NCBI GenBank assembly: GCA_039180205.1
Contig: JBCDDR010000003.1
Coordinates: forward strand, 1-35,263
Source of the DNA: Pseudomonadota bacterium
Lineage (GTDB): Bacteria; Pseudomonadota; Alphaproteobacteria; Sphingomonadales; JBCDDR01
Length of the DNA stretch: 35,263 bases
Reading direction: 5' to 3'
Made by a program: the position numbers and the translations under genes. Shown piece after piece: positions 20,584 to 29,288 of this stretch; within the stretch, counting starts at the first letter, position 1; each line of letters starts with the position of its first letter. A model generated the notes under the pieces. The model made no database searches and was not told the origin of the DNA. It saw only the letters and a list, made by a program, of their open reading frames with translations.

Positions 20584-21363
20584 TCAATCGTGCGGGTCGT
20601 TCGCAAGCGCCGACGCGATATCAGGGTCCACAGGGGCCGGTGTCATATCAATGTCTTCACGCAATCGATCGATCACATCGCGCATCACCTGAAGTCGCCC
20701 ATATTTCTTTTGGTGGAAGGGGATGACCCGCCATGGTGCTTGCTTGGTTGATGTTCTCTCCAGCATCTCAAGCGTTGCCGCCTCGTAAGCGTTCCATTGG
20801 GCGCGGTTCCGGATATCCTCCATGGTGAGCTTCCAGTGTTTCCCGGGCGTATTCAGCCGATCCTCAAATCGTTCGCGTTGGACATTGGGTGAAATATGCA
20901 GAAAATACTTCAAAATTCGGCTTCCGTTATCGATCAGCGTTTTTTCAAAATCGTTGATCTCGTTGTACGCGCGTTGCCAAGCCGCTTCCTTGCAAAACCC
21001 CTCTACGCGCTCAACCAGTACGCGCCCATACCAGGATCGATCGAAAATCGCGATTTCGCCTTTTCCGGGGAGACGTTTCCAAAAACGGTACAGATAGTGA
21101 CGCTTGCGCTCGCGTTCATCGGGGGCGGCAATAGGCCAGACCTTGTACCCTCGTGGGTCAAGTGTGGCGGTAATCCGTTTGATCACGCCGCCTTTGCCGG
21201 CCGCATCCCAGCCTTCAAATACAATGATCGCCCGTTCCTGATGGACAATATAGGCGGTTTGAATGCGCTCAAGTTCAGCTTGCATGGCCTGCAACTGTTG
21301 CCGGTACTCATCCTTGTTGACGCGCTTGTCTTGATCCTGGTCAGGCAACGCGGCTTTCGTCAT
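20584..21363 (-). CDS. ppk2: Polyphosphate kinase 2 family protein (single domain)
   Basis: Walker A FEGWDAAGKGG, LDPRG, FDRSWYGRVLVERVEGF; ATG 21363 preceded by GGGAGGAG. Confidence 0.92.
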   Translation of the reverse strand: MTKAALPDQDQDKRVNKDEYRQQLQAMQAELERIQTAYIVHQERAIIVFEGWDAAGKGGVIKRITATLDPRGYKVWPIAAPDERERKRHYLYRFWKRLPGKGEIAIFDRSWYGRVLVERVEGFCKEAAWQRAYNEINDFEKTLIDNGSRILKYFLHISPNVQRERFEDRLNTPGKHWKLTMEDIRNRAQWNAYEAATLEMLERTSTKQAPWRVIPFHQKKYGRLQVMRDVIDRLREDIDMTPAPVDPDIASALANDPHD

Positions 21364-21487
21364 AGCACTCCTCCCGTTTTTTTTCGCACACTCCGGTCGA
21401 AACGCCTGGTATCCAGCATGGACAAGCGCGGCTGGAGGCGATAGCGTCGCCAGCCGAAAACCGATACACCAACAAGGGGGTTGCGTT

Positions 21488-23917
21488 ATGCGCGGGATGT
21501 CAAGCGTGAAGTCGATTTTGGTCGGGGCATTTGCCGGGCTTTTGGCGATCGGTAACGCCGCAGCGCAGGTCGAACAGACCAAAGGCAGTTTTGTTGATAA
21601 GTTCCGCCAGCTCGAAGAAATCCTGCCGACCCCGAACGTGTATCGGACGGCTTCAGGCGCCCCTGGCCATCAATATTGGCAGCAGCGCGCCGATTATAGA
21701 ATCAACGTCAGTATTGATGATGACAAGCAGATCCTGACGGGCTCCGAGACGATTACCTATACCAATAACTCGCCCGATCAGTTGCGCTATATATGGGTCC
21801 AACTCGACCAGAACCGCTTCGCCAAGCACTCCGATAACTACCGCAGCGAAACTTTGAGCGGTTCGCGCGAAATCGCGAAAGCAGGCGGCGGATCATCAAA
21901 CAAACTGCCTTATTCGGCCATGCGGCGCGCGTTCAAGACGCTTGAGTTCGATGGCGGACACAAAATCGACGCGGTTACCGATGCAAGCGGGGCGAACCTG
22001 CCGTACACCATCAACCAAACCATGATGCGCATCGATCTACCGACACCGCTGAAACCGAGTGCCAGCCTGACATTCAATATCAACTGGCACTATAATATCA
22101 CCCCCAGCCGCCAACTCGGTGGGCTTCGTTCCGGATATGAATTTTTCAAGGACGACGAAAACTACCTCTATCTGATTGCACAGTGGTATCCGCGGGTTGC
22201 TGCCTATACCGATGCCACCGGCTGGAACAACAAACAGTTTCTCGGCCGCGGTGAGTTCACGTTGGAATTTGGCGACTATGAAGTCGCCATCGAAGTACCC
22301 GCTGATCATGTCGTTTCGTCAACGGGTGAATTGACCAACGCAGACACGGTCTTGACAGCAACCCAGCAGAAACGCCTTGAGACCGCGCGCACCGCAAAAG
22401 CGCCGGTGTTTATCGTTTCACCCGAGGAAGCGGTTGAGAACCAGAAAACCAAAGCAAAAGGCCGCAAAACCTGGGTGTTCAAAGCCGAAAATGTGCGCGA
22501 TTTCGCCTTTGCGACGTCACGGAAGTTCATTTGGGATGCGGTTGGATACAAGCAACCAACCGACGGCAAAACGATTATGGCTATGTCGTTCTACCCGGAC
22601 GAGGCTGAACCGCTTTGGAGCAAATATTCAACGAAAACCATCGTTCACACGATGAAGGTCTACTCGAAATATTCCTTTCCCTATCCGTATCCGACTGCGC
22701 AATCCGTCAACGGACCTGTAAGTGGGATGGAATATCCGATGATCACCTTCAACGGCCCCCGCCCGGTAATCGACAAAGAAACCGGCGAACGCACGTATAC
22801 GCGTCGTGCGAAATATGGCCTGATTAGCGTCATCATCCACGAGATCGGGCATATCTACTTTCCGATGACGGTGAATACTGATGAGCGCCAATGGACCTGG
22901 ATGGACGAAGGTATCAATACGTTCCTTCAGTTCCTTGCGCAGGAAGAATGGGAAGAGGGTTACCCATCCCGCCGCGGTGAGGCGCGCAAGATTGTGAGCT
23001 ATATGCGCTCGCAAAACCAAGTGCCCATCATGACCAATTCGGAATCGATCCTCCAGTTCGGTAACAACGCCTATGGCAAACCCGCGACGGCGTTGAATAT
23101 TCTTCGTGAGACCGTCATGGGGCGTGAGCTTTTTGATTTTGCATTCAAAGAGTATGCGCGGCGGTGGGCCTTCAAACGGCCATACCCCGCTGACTTCTTC
23201 CGCACGATGGAAGACGCGTCGGGCGTTGATCTCGACTGGTTTTGGCGCGGATGGTTTTATTCGACCGACCATGTCGATATCTCAATCGACCGCGTGGTTC
23301 ATGCCCATATTAATACCGAAGACCCCGACATTGAAGAGGCGCTGAAGCGTAAGAAAAAAGCCGACGAACCGGTCAGCATCACAGTGGAGCGGAATAAAGG
23401 CATGCCGCGCGCGGTTGAGGCTGATCCCGACCTTCTCGATTTCTACAACGAGAATGATGAGTTCACCGTTTCGGGCAAACAGCGCAAAGCCTATGAAAAA
23501 CTGATCGAGGATCTGGAAGACTGGGAGGCCGAACTCCTGAAGCGCGGGGAGCATGTCTACTTCCTCCAGTTTTCCAATAAAGGTGGGCTGGTCATGCCGG
23601 TTATCCTCGATGTCACCTTCAAGGATGGCTCCAAGAAAGAGTATCGCTGGCCCGCCGAGATTTGGCGTTACACCCCGCATACAGCGACCAAGATGGTGAT
23701 CACGGAAAAAGAGATTGCTAAAATCGTCGTCGATCCCCGGCTTGAAACCGCTGATGTTGATCTGGAAAACAACACATGGCCAGCGGAGCCTGTCGAAAGC
23801 CGACTTGAGCTCTTCAAACGCAAGAAGAGCCGGAATCTCATGAAAGAGATCTACGATGATCAAAAACCCGACGAAGAGGATGGCGACGACACAGATAGCG
23901 ACGATGAGGATAAGTAG
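21488..23917 (+). CDS. Secreted M1-family zinc aminopeptidase
   Basis: Signal peptide, YRTASGAPG..YWQQRADY, GMEYPM, HEIGH...WMDEG, AYGKPA; acidic C-terminal tail. Confidence 0.92.
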   Translation: MRGMSSVKSILVGAFAGLLAIGNAAAQVEQTKGSFVDKFRQLEEILPTPNVYRTASGAPGHQYWQQRADYRINVSIDDDKQILTGSETITYTNNSPDQLRYIWVQLDQNRFAKHSDNYRSETLSGSREIAKAGGGSSNKLPYSAMRRAFKTLEFDGGHKIDAVTDASGANLPYTINQTMMRIDLPTPLKPSASLTFNINWHYNITPSRQLGGLRSGYEFFKDDENYLYLIAQWYPRVAAYTDATGWNNKQFLGRGEFTLEFGDYEVAIEVPADHVVSSTGELTNADTVLTATQQKRLETARTAKAPVFIVSPEEAVENQKTKAKGRKTWVFKAENVRDFAFATSRKFIWDAVGYKQPTDGKTIMAMSFYPDEAEPLWSKYSTKTIVHTMKVYSKYSFPYPYPTAQSVNGPVSGMEYPMITFNGPRPVIDKETGERTYTRRAKYGLISVIIHEIGHIYFPMTVNTDERQWTWMDEGINTFLQFLAQEEWEEGYPSRRGEARKIVSYMRSQNQVPIMTNSESILQFGNNAYGKPATALNILRETVMGRELFDFAFKEYARRWAFKRPYPADFFRTMEDASGVDLDWFWRGWFYSTDHVDISIDRVVHAHINTEDPDIEEALKRKKKADEPVSITVERNKGMPRAVEADPDLLDFYNENDEFTVSGKQRKAYEKLIEDLEDWEAELLKRGEHVYFLQFSNKGGLVMPVILDVTFKDGSKKEYRWPAEIWRYTPHTATKMVITEKEIAKIVVDPRLETADVDLENNTWPAEPVESRLELFKRKKSRNLMKEIYDDQKPDEEDGDDTDSDDEDK

Positions 23918-24425
23918 AGCTCTCGCGGTTACGGTCGCGCTCTTTTTGGGCGCGGTTTCCGCATACGGGCATAACTTCCACACCGTACTCAGCACGATCA
24001 GTTTGAATGAGCGCACGGGTAACCTCGAAATCGTGCAGGAGCTTACCCTCCATGATTTGATGCCCGTGCTCATTGCGCTTTCGGGCGACCAGGCCCTCAC
24101 GATTGACAGTGAGGGAGCGGAAATCATGGTCAGAGATTATCTCAACAGGAATTTTCGTCTGCGTTTTGGCAAGACGGACGCGGCAATCGAGTGGATCGGG
24201 ATGGAAGCTGATATCGATACGCTGACCACCTATCAGCAGGTCACCTGGCCGGGCGAGCGTGAACCCATTACGGTTGAAAACCGGGTGTTGGCGGACGCGT
24301 ATTCCGACCAGGTCAATACACTGACGCTGGTCGTGGGAGACGCCGCCAAAAGCTATAGTTTTATCAAAGGGCAGTTCGAGCAGGAAATTGCCGTTGCGGA
24401 CGTGAGCCAGGATCGGCGGCCTTAG
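23904..24425 (+). CDS. DUF6702-like exported protein
   Basis: Signal peptide (MRISRALAVTVALFLGAVSAYG) followed by HNFHTVLSTI, HDL and DQVN, as I recall for DUF6702; start overlaps the M1 peptidase stop. Confidence 0.7.
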   Translation: MRISRALAVTVALFLGAVSAYGHNFHTVLSTISLNERTGNLEIVQELTLHDLMPVLIALSGDQALTIDSEGAEIMVRDYLNRNFRLRFGKTDAAIEWIGMEADIDTLTTYQQVTWPGEREPITVENRVLADAYSDQVNTLTLVVGDAAKSYSFIKGQFEQEIAVADVSQDRRP

Positions 24426-24453
24426 GGTCAGGACCCTGGGCCCTGTTGACAAA
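24423..24453. repeat. Short palindrome / IS-end-like motif at the photosynthesis cluster edge
   Basis: TAGGGTCAGGACCCT (AGGGTC-AG-GACCCT palindrome) followed by GGGCCCTGTTGACAAA; first 10 nt are identical to 29200-29209. Confidence 0.4.
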
Positions 24454-24521
24454 CTGTTTTTGGATCATGGCGCGCAATGGCAGGCATGTGGTCGGGACAC
24501 CTCCCCCTCAAACCAGCCTGC

Positions 24522-25535
24522 TTATCCGAACCACCAGCCGCGCGGCATGCGAACCGGCAGCATCGATTTCACAATCGGAGAGGAAAACCGCCTTAGATCA
24601 AGGCTTTCATGCATGGCGACCAGCGGCTGCCCGCCCAACACGGTGGTGATCATTGAGCGCACGTAAAACGGTGAGTCAACAAGTGCGCGGCGCACCCGCG
24701 GTCGCGACCCAGGGTCCGCAGCCGTTGAGCGTTTAACCCCCCAAAACCCTCGCGGCAGATCACATCGCGGGGGCACATCGAACATGCTGATGCTGCCATC
24801 ATCGCGATAAATCAAGCCAAGGTCCTGGCGAGGGGATTGCACAGGATCATCCCCGCAGCGAGATACATTGCCAAACAGTCGTGCCGCATCAGACGGGTGG
24901 CGGTGTTTGATATCGGGCATTTCGGCCGAATAAAGGATCACCGTTTCACGCCCGCGACGCGCACGCGACCAATCCCAGCGATGAAAACCTTTCGCGAGCG
25001 GCTCATGCCCTTCATTCATATCAAAATAGCCATGCCCTTCCCACGAAATGTCTGGCTTATCGAAGGCGACCGAGACCCGCATATGCGGCGCAATTGGACG
25101 CCAATGATGGCGTCCCCGCGCCTCCAGCGGATAGCGCGCAGAAAACATCGGATCGAGACGAAAACTGACCCGGCCTTTGAGCCTTTTCGGCATGGGGGCC
25201 GTCACTTCATCGAGCTCAATTTCAATAAGGTCGCCGTTTCGGGTGAGCGAGCTTGGCCCTACTGTGAACTGACCGGCACCGGTGGAAAGCCCGGTGCGCG
25301 GGCGTTCAGTCATCGCCCAAAGCGTCGCTTTTGGTGTATAGAGCGCCACGTTGACGGCCACATGATTGAACGGGTCCTTGTAGCCGCGCCAGGCATAATA
25401 GGGTGAAAAAACCGAACCGATGAAAAAGATCAGACTGAGCGACTGGGTCCCGTCGTCGCTGATGGCGTCGACATACCACCAGCGATAACCACTGGGTGGG
25501 ACCGGCGCATCGAAGCCCAATCCTCGATCAGACAC
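24522..25535 (-). CDS. crtC: Carotenoid 1,2-hydratase (hydroxyneurosporene synthase)
   Basis: GYRWWYVDAISDDG, FIGSVFSPYY, WAMTER, HHWRPIAP, WEGHGYFDMNEG, DSPFYVRS, HESLDL, MLPVRMPR. Start uncertain (GTG 25535 assumed, inside crtD). Confidence 0.92.
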   Translation of the reverse strand: MSDRGLGFDAPVPPSGYRWWYVDAISDDGTQSLSLIFFIGSVFSPYYAWRGYKDPFNHVAVNVALYTPKATLWAMTERPRTGLSTGAGQFTVGPSSLTRNGDLIEIELDEVTAPMPKRLKGRVSFRLDPMFSARYPLEARGRHHWRPIAPHMRVSVAFDKPDISWEGHGYFDMNEGHEPLAKGFHRWDWSRARRGRETVILYSAEMPDIKHRHPSDAARLFGNVSRCGDDPVQSPRQDLGLIYRDDGSISMFDVPPRCDLPRGFWGVKRSTAADPGSRPRVRRALVDSPFYVRSMITTVLGGQPLVAMHESLDLRRFSSPIVKSMLPVRMPRGWWFG

Positions 25536-26986
25536 TGTGCCGCCATCTGCCCCGAGAGCGAAGCCATCGGCATGCCCGGGGCCGGGTGCGCGCTGCCCCC
25601 CGCCAGGTAAAGCCCCGGCAGCTTGGTCCGTTGTCCCGGGCGGAGAAAATTCGCCAGCAAATGATGGTTCGCACGTCCGTACAGAGCCCCCCCGCTCCCC
25701 GGAAACCGATTGGCGAACATCGCCGGAGTTGTCCGCAAGCTTTCGGTCTTGGACCAATTGATCTGGAGCCCCGCACTGCTCAACCTTTGCTTCACCTGCG
25801 TCTCGCATCGCTCAATCTCCTCAGGGGCTGGCCCGCCCGTATCACCGCGCGCGGCGGCATTTACAATTAGAAACAGTCGCTCGTTTCCGTCGTGTTGATC
25901 ATTTTCTTCGTGCGATGTCTGGCGGCATATATAAATCGTGGGATCGCGCGGCAGGCCGTAACGGGCGATATCCTTGAATTCCAGCCGATAGTTCGCACCA
26001 AACGCGACATTGTGGTGCGCGAGCGGAAAGCCCGAAACAGGCCCATTGAGCGCCCACGTCAAGGCTGAGTAGGATCGTGCCCCGGGTGAAACGCGTTTCA
26101 CATGGTGCCCCTGGAGCGATCCCAAGAGCCCTGAGGCAAGCGCATTCACATCACCGTTTAAGACAACCGCATCGGCAGCGATCTCTTCGCCTGTTTCGAG
26201 GCGCAGGCCACTCACGCGTCCAGCCTCGGTTTTGATTTCGCTGACACCTGTCCCCAGGCGGATTTCTCCACCGGCATTCTCAACCAACGCGGCAATCGCC
26301 TGGGGGAGTTTCGCCATGCCGCCGCGGACCCGCCATACGCCCATCAGCTCGGCATAGGCGACCAGCATGAGCGTTGCCGGCGCACGGTAGGGAGAGGCCC
26401 CGCAGTATGTTGTGTATCGCGCAAACAACTGATGCAGGCGCGGGTCGCGGAAGTAGGATTTGAGTTTGCGCGCATAGGTCGGCACGGGCGACGCTGCCAA
26501 AAACTCCGCAAGCGTTGCATTTTTGAAAAGCCGCGCCATCGATGGCCGAGGGTAACGCATGAAACGCTCGTCAAGAACCTCAAATGCGGCTTGAGCATCT
26601 TGTGTAAACCGTGCAAACCCTTCGGCTTCTCCCGGCCCGGCAAACGCGCCAATTGCGTCTTTTGAGCGCTCAGTATCCTGAAACAAATCAAGCCGAGACC
26701 CATCTGGCCACACATGGCGGGCAAGCTCACAAAGCGGATCGAGCGTGATATGCGTCTCCAGCCGTGTCCCCGCACATTCAAAGAGCGCCTCGAACACATG
26801 ACGCATCGTGAGGACGGTAGGCCCCACATCAATCGCTGCCCCCCCAACCATGTCTTCGCGCGCCTTGCCGCCCACATGTGCCGCGCGTTCGAATACCCGC
26901 ACGTGGGCGCCCTTTGCAGCGAGCATCAAGGCGGCTGAGAGCCCTCCAATTCCGGCACCAATCACAGCGATACGAGGGGTGTTCAT
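25430..26986 (-). CDS. crtD: 1-hydroxycarotenoid 3,4-desaturase
   Basis: VIGAGIGGL FAD motif, DVGPTVLTM, PATLMLVAYAE, LYLAGGSAHPAPGMPMASLSG; sits between crtC and crtE. Confidence 0.93.
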   Translation of the reverse strand: MNTPRIAVIGAGIGGLSAALMLAAKGAHVRVFERAAHVGGKAREDMVGGAAIDVGPTVLTMRHVFEALFECAGTRLETHITLDPLCELARHVWPDGSRLDLFQDTERSKDAIGAFAGPGEAEGFARFTQDAQAAFEVLDERFMRYPRPSMARLFKNATLAEFLAASPVPTYARKLKSYFRDPRLHQLFARYTTYCGASPYRAPATLMLVAYAELMGVWRVRGGMAKLPQAIAALVENAGGEIRLGTGVSEIKTEAGRVSGLRLETGEEIAADAVVLNGDVNALASGLLGSLQGHHVKRVSPGARSYSALTWALNGPVSGFPLAHHNVAFGANYRLEFKDIARYGLPRDPTIYICRQTSHEENDQHDGNERLFLIVNAAARGDTGGPAPEEIERCETQVKQRLSSAGLQINWSKTESLRTTPAMFANRFPGSGGALYGRANHHLLANFLRPGQRTKLPGLYLAGGSAHPAPGMPMASLSGQMAAQCLIEDWASMRRSHPVVIAGGMSTPSATTGPSRSV

Positions 26987-27003
26987 CGACAAATTACGGC
27001 TCC

Positions 27004-27055
27004 TGTTTCAATGACTATACATTTCAACAGTTTTATGTGACAATCAAAATTGACA
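27004..27055. promoter_or_regulatory. PpsR/CrtJ operator pair in the divergent crtD-crtE promoter
   Basis: Perfect TGT-N12-ACA at 27004-27021 (TGTTTCAATGACTATACA) and one-mismatch TGA-N12-ACA at 27038-27055 (TGACAATCAAAATTGACA); they overlap a minus-strand TTGTCA-N18-TATAGT promoter for crtD. Confidence 0.8.
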
Positions 27056-27109
27056 CATGGATTGAATTTGCGTTGTCCAAAGGCATCGCGCGAGAAGAAA
27101 GGCACGGCT

Positions 27110-28066
27110 ATGGCGTCATCACCCGTTGGAACAGCGAGACAACCCCTGGATAAGCTGGAACGCCGGTCGATGGTGGAGATAGAACGCGACGGCAGTGCGC
27201 TCATCGAGACCCTGATTGAAGAAGCGCTCCACCGCGCGGAAGGGGAAGGGTCACCGCCGCGACTGGCTGCGGCGCTTCGCCACGCGGTATTACCCGGAGG
27301 CGCGCGGATACGTCCCCGGTTGGCAATGTCCGTCGCGGCTGCCCATGGTGCCCATTTGGATGGAACGGCATGGCGCGGCGCCGCTGCAGGTGCCGCAGCG
27401 ATCGAAATGTTACATTGCGCGTCGCTTGTACATGACGACCTCCCTTGTTTTGATGATGCCGATATGCGCCGCGGGAAGCCAGCGGTTCACCGTGCGTTTG
27501 GGGAGCGGTTAGCGGTTCTCGGTGGCGATGCTCTGATCGTCATGGCATTTGAAACCGCTGCGCTGAATTGCGCACCCATGCCGCGCCGCCTTGTGGCGAT
27601 TACCCGAGTTCTGGCGGCATCAGTTGGCATGCCCCAGGGGATTGCCGCGGGTCAGGCGTGGGAATGCGAACCCCATGCGGAACTATCAGCCTATCAGCAG
27701 GCAAAAACCGGGGCGCTGTTCGCGGGCGCGACCATGGTCGGCGCGCTGGCCGCAGGCGGCACCGATCAAGAAGGCTGGGCCCTTTTTGGTCAGCGCCTTG
27801 GCGAAGCTTATCAGGTCGCGGATGATATCCGCGATGTGGCGGGGGATGCTGAACAGCTTGGCAAGCCGGTCGGTCAGGATGACCGATTAGGACGGCCAAA
27901 TGCAGCACTTAGTTTTGGTCTGCCAAGAGCTGTGAAGCGGCTCACCAAGCTGGTCGAAGACGCCGCAGCCGACATTCCGAAGTGCGCTGGACGAACTGCC
28001 TTGCAAGCGCTGGTCGCTGCCGAAACGCGCAAATTCCTTCCACAAAAGATATGGGAACTGGGCTAG
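27110..28066 (+). CDS. crtE: Geranylgeranyl pyrophosphate synthase
   Basis: PGGARIRP, HCASLVHDDLPCFDDADMRRGKP, KTGALF, GEAYQVADD, GKPVGQD. Start is ATG 27110 or 27170. Confidence 0.95.
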   Translation: MASSPVGTARQPLDKLERRSMVEIERDGSALIETLIEEALHRAEGEGSPPRLAAALRHAVLPGGARIRPRLAMSVAAAHGAHLDGTAWRGAAAGAAAIEMLHCASLVHDDLPCFDDADMRRGKPAVHRAFGERLAVLGGDALIVMAFETAALNCAPMPRRLVAITRVLAASVGMPQGIAAGQAWECEPHAELSAYQQAKTGALFAGATMVGALAAGGTDQEGWALFGQRLGEAYQVADDIRDVAGDAEQLGKPVGQDDRLGRPNAALSFGLPRAVKRLTKLVEDAAADIPKCAGRTALQALVAAETRKFLPQKIWELG

Positions 28067-28164
28067 TCCCGAGGCTTCACGTCGCTGGATTTCTGAAATT
28101 CGGTGTCGCCTTATCACCACGCATACGCATGTGTTCACGAGCAAAGGCTTCGGTGGTCAATAAC

Positions 28165-29202
28165 ATGTATTTTGGCAGATTGCTTGGGGCTTCACTATTC
28201 TTTGCAGCGTTTGGGTGGTGCCCTCCATGGCTGTCTCCTGCGGTTTCCAAAGAGGTCGCAGACCCCGAGCCATATCGTTTTTTTGCGGTTCAGGCCGAAA
28301 ATGACCTCTATGTTGCCGATGGTGACCGCCATTATACAAACGGCGTCCGCATTGCGTATGGATTTCGGGAAAATGCCCGTCCACGCGCGCTTCGCTGGCT
28401 CCGCCACCTGCTACCGATGAAGATGCCTGAAACGCTCGCTTTCGAGGTGGCGATCGGTCAGAATTTATATACGCCTGAGATTTTTTTCATTCCTGATCCG
28501 ATCCCCGATGATCGGCCATTTGCTGCGTGGGTTTTCGCCGATGCCGTGGCCACCGCGCGCAAGCCGGGCCGCGAGGAGAGCCTTGTGCTCACGGTGGGCT
28601 GGATCGGAGAGCCTGCCCTCGGAGATGAAAGTCAGAGCTTTTTCCACTCCATTTTCGGTGCCCCCGAGCCGCTTGGCTGGGATAATCAATTGCGTGCCGA
28701 ACCAACGCTGCAATTTCGGTATCAGCGCAGTCATTTCCTACCCTTGATCCGTGACCGGGATCATCGTGTTAGGGCGGATATCGTTCCCCGCGTCGGGGGG
28801 TCGCTCGGAAATGTCTTTATCGATATCGGCGCTGGGCTCACGTTTCGGCTGGGAAGCAATCTGGTAAACCGCGACACACCCCTTGCCATCCCACCCGGCC
28901 TCAATGGTCAAACCAGCCGCTTTGAGGTTCGCTCTGGAAAGGTCGATTGGCTGATCTTCGCCGGGGGAACGGCACGCGCGGTTTTCCACAATCTCTTTCT
29001 CGATGGAAACAGCTTTCGCGATAGCCTCTCCGTCGATCGCCGCACCTTTGTATGGGACACGACGGCAGGCGCGATGCTGATCTTCGGGTTTCGTAAAACA
29101 CCGATTGCCATCAGCTTTACGCACGCCCTGCGCGCGCGGGAATTCAATGAACAAATCGGGCGCAACCGAATCGGAAGTTTGCAGGTCAGCATTGGTTTCT
29201 AG
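28165..29202 (+). CDS. LpxR-family (DUF2219) outer-membrane beta-barrel lipid A 3'-O-deacylase-like protein
   Basis: Signal peptide, ENDLY..DRHYTNG, GQNLYTP, DRPFAAW, QSFFH, GWDNQL, LGNVF, LFLDGN, alternating beta-strand pattern and C-terminal Phe. Confidence 0.85.
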   Translation: MYFGRLLGASLFFAAFGWCPPWLSPAVSKEVADPEPYRFFAVQAENDLYVADGDRHYTNGVRIAYGFRENARPRALRWLRHLLPMKMPETLAFEVAIGQNLYTPEIFFIPDPIPDDRPFAAWVFADAVATARKPGREESLVLTVGWIGEPALGDESQSFFHSIFGAPEPLGWDNQLRAEPTLQFRYQRSHFLPLIRDRDHRVRADIVPRVGGSLGNVFIDIGAGLTFRLGSNLVNRDTPLAIPPGLNGQTSRFEVRSGKVDWLIFAGGTARAVFHNLFLDGNSFRDSLSVDRRTFVWDTTAGAMLIFGFRKTPIAISFTHALRAREFNEQIGRNRIGSLQVSIGF

Positions 29203-29238
29203 GGTCAGGGCTCATTAATTCCATGGCCGTGACCCTAG
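29199..29238. repeat. 40-bp inverted repeat bounded by CTAG
   Basis: CTAGGGTCAGGGC-TCATTAATTCCATG-GCCGTGACCCTAG: arms match at 12 of 13 positions; no U-tract follows. Confidence 0.7.
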
Positions 29239-29288
29239 GGGAAAGCGACGCAAGCGCGAAAGGCAGGGCGCAAAAGTTAAAAAATATT

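Noticed and set aside
27982-28164. ORF-track N-terminal extension of the LpxR-like ORF overlapping crtE, suggesting a fusion or frameshift product
   Set aside because: crtE ends normally; the signal peptide starts at ATG 28165 and no slippery site was seen.
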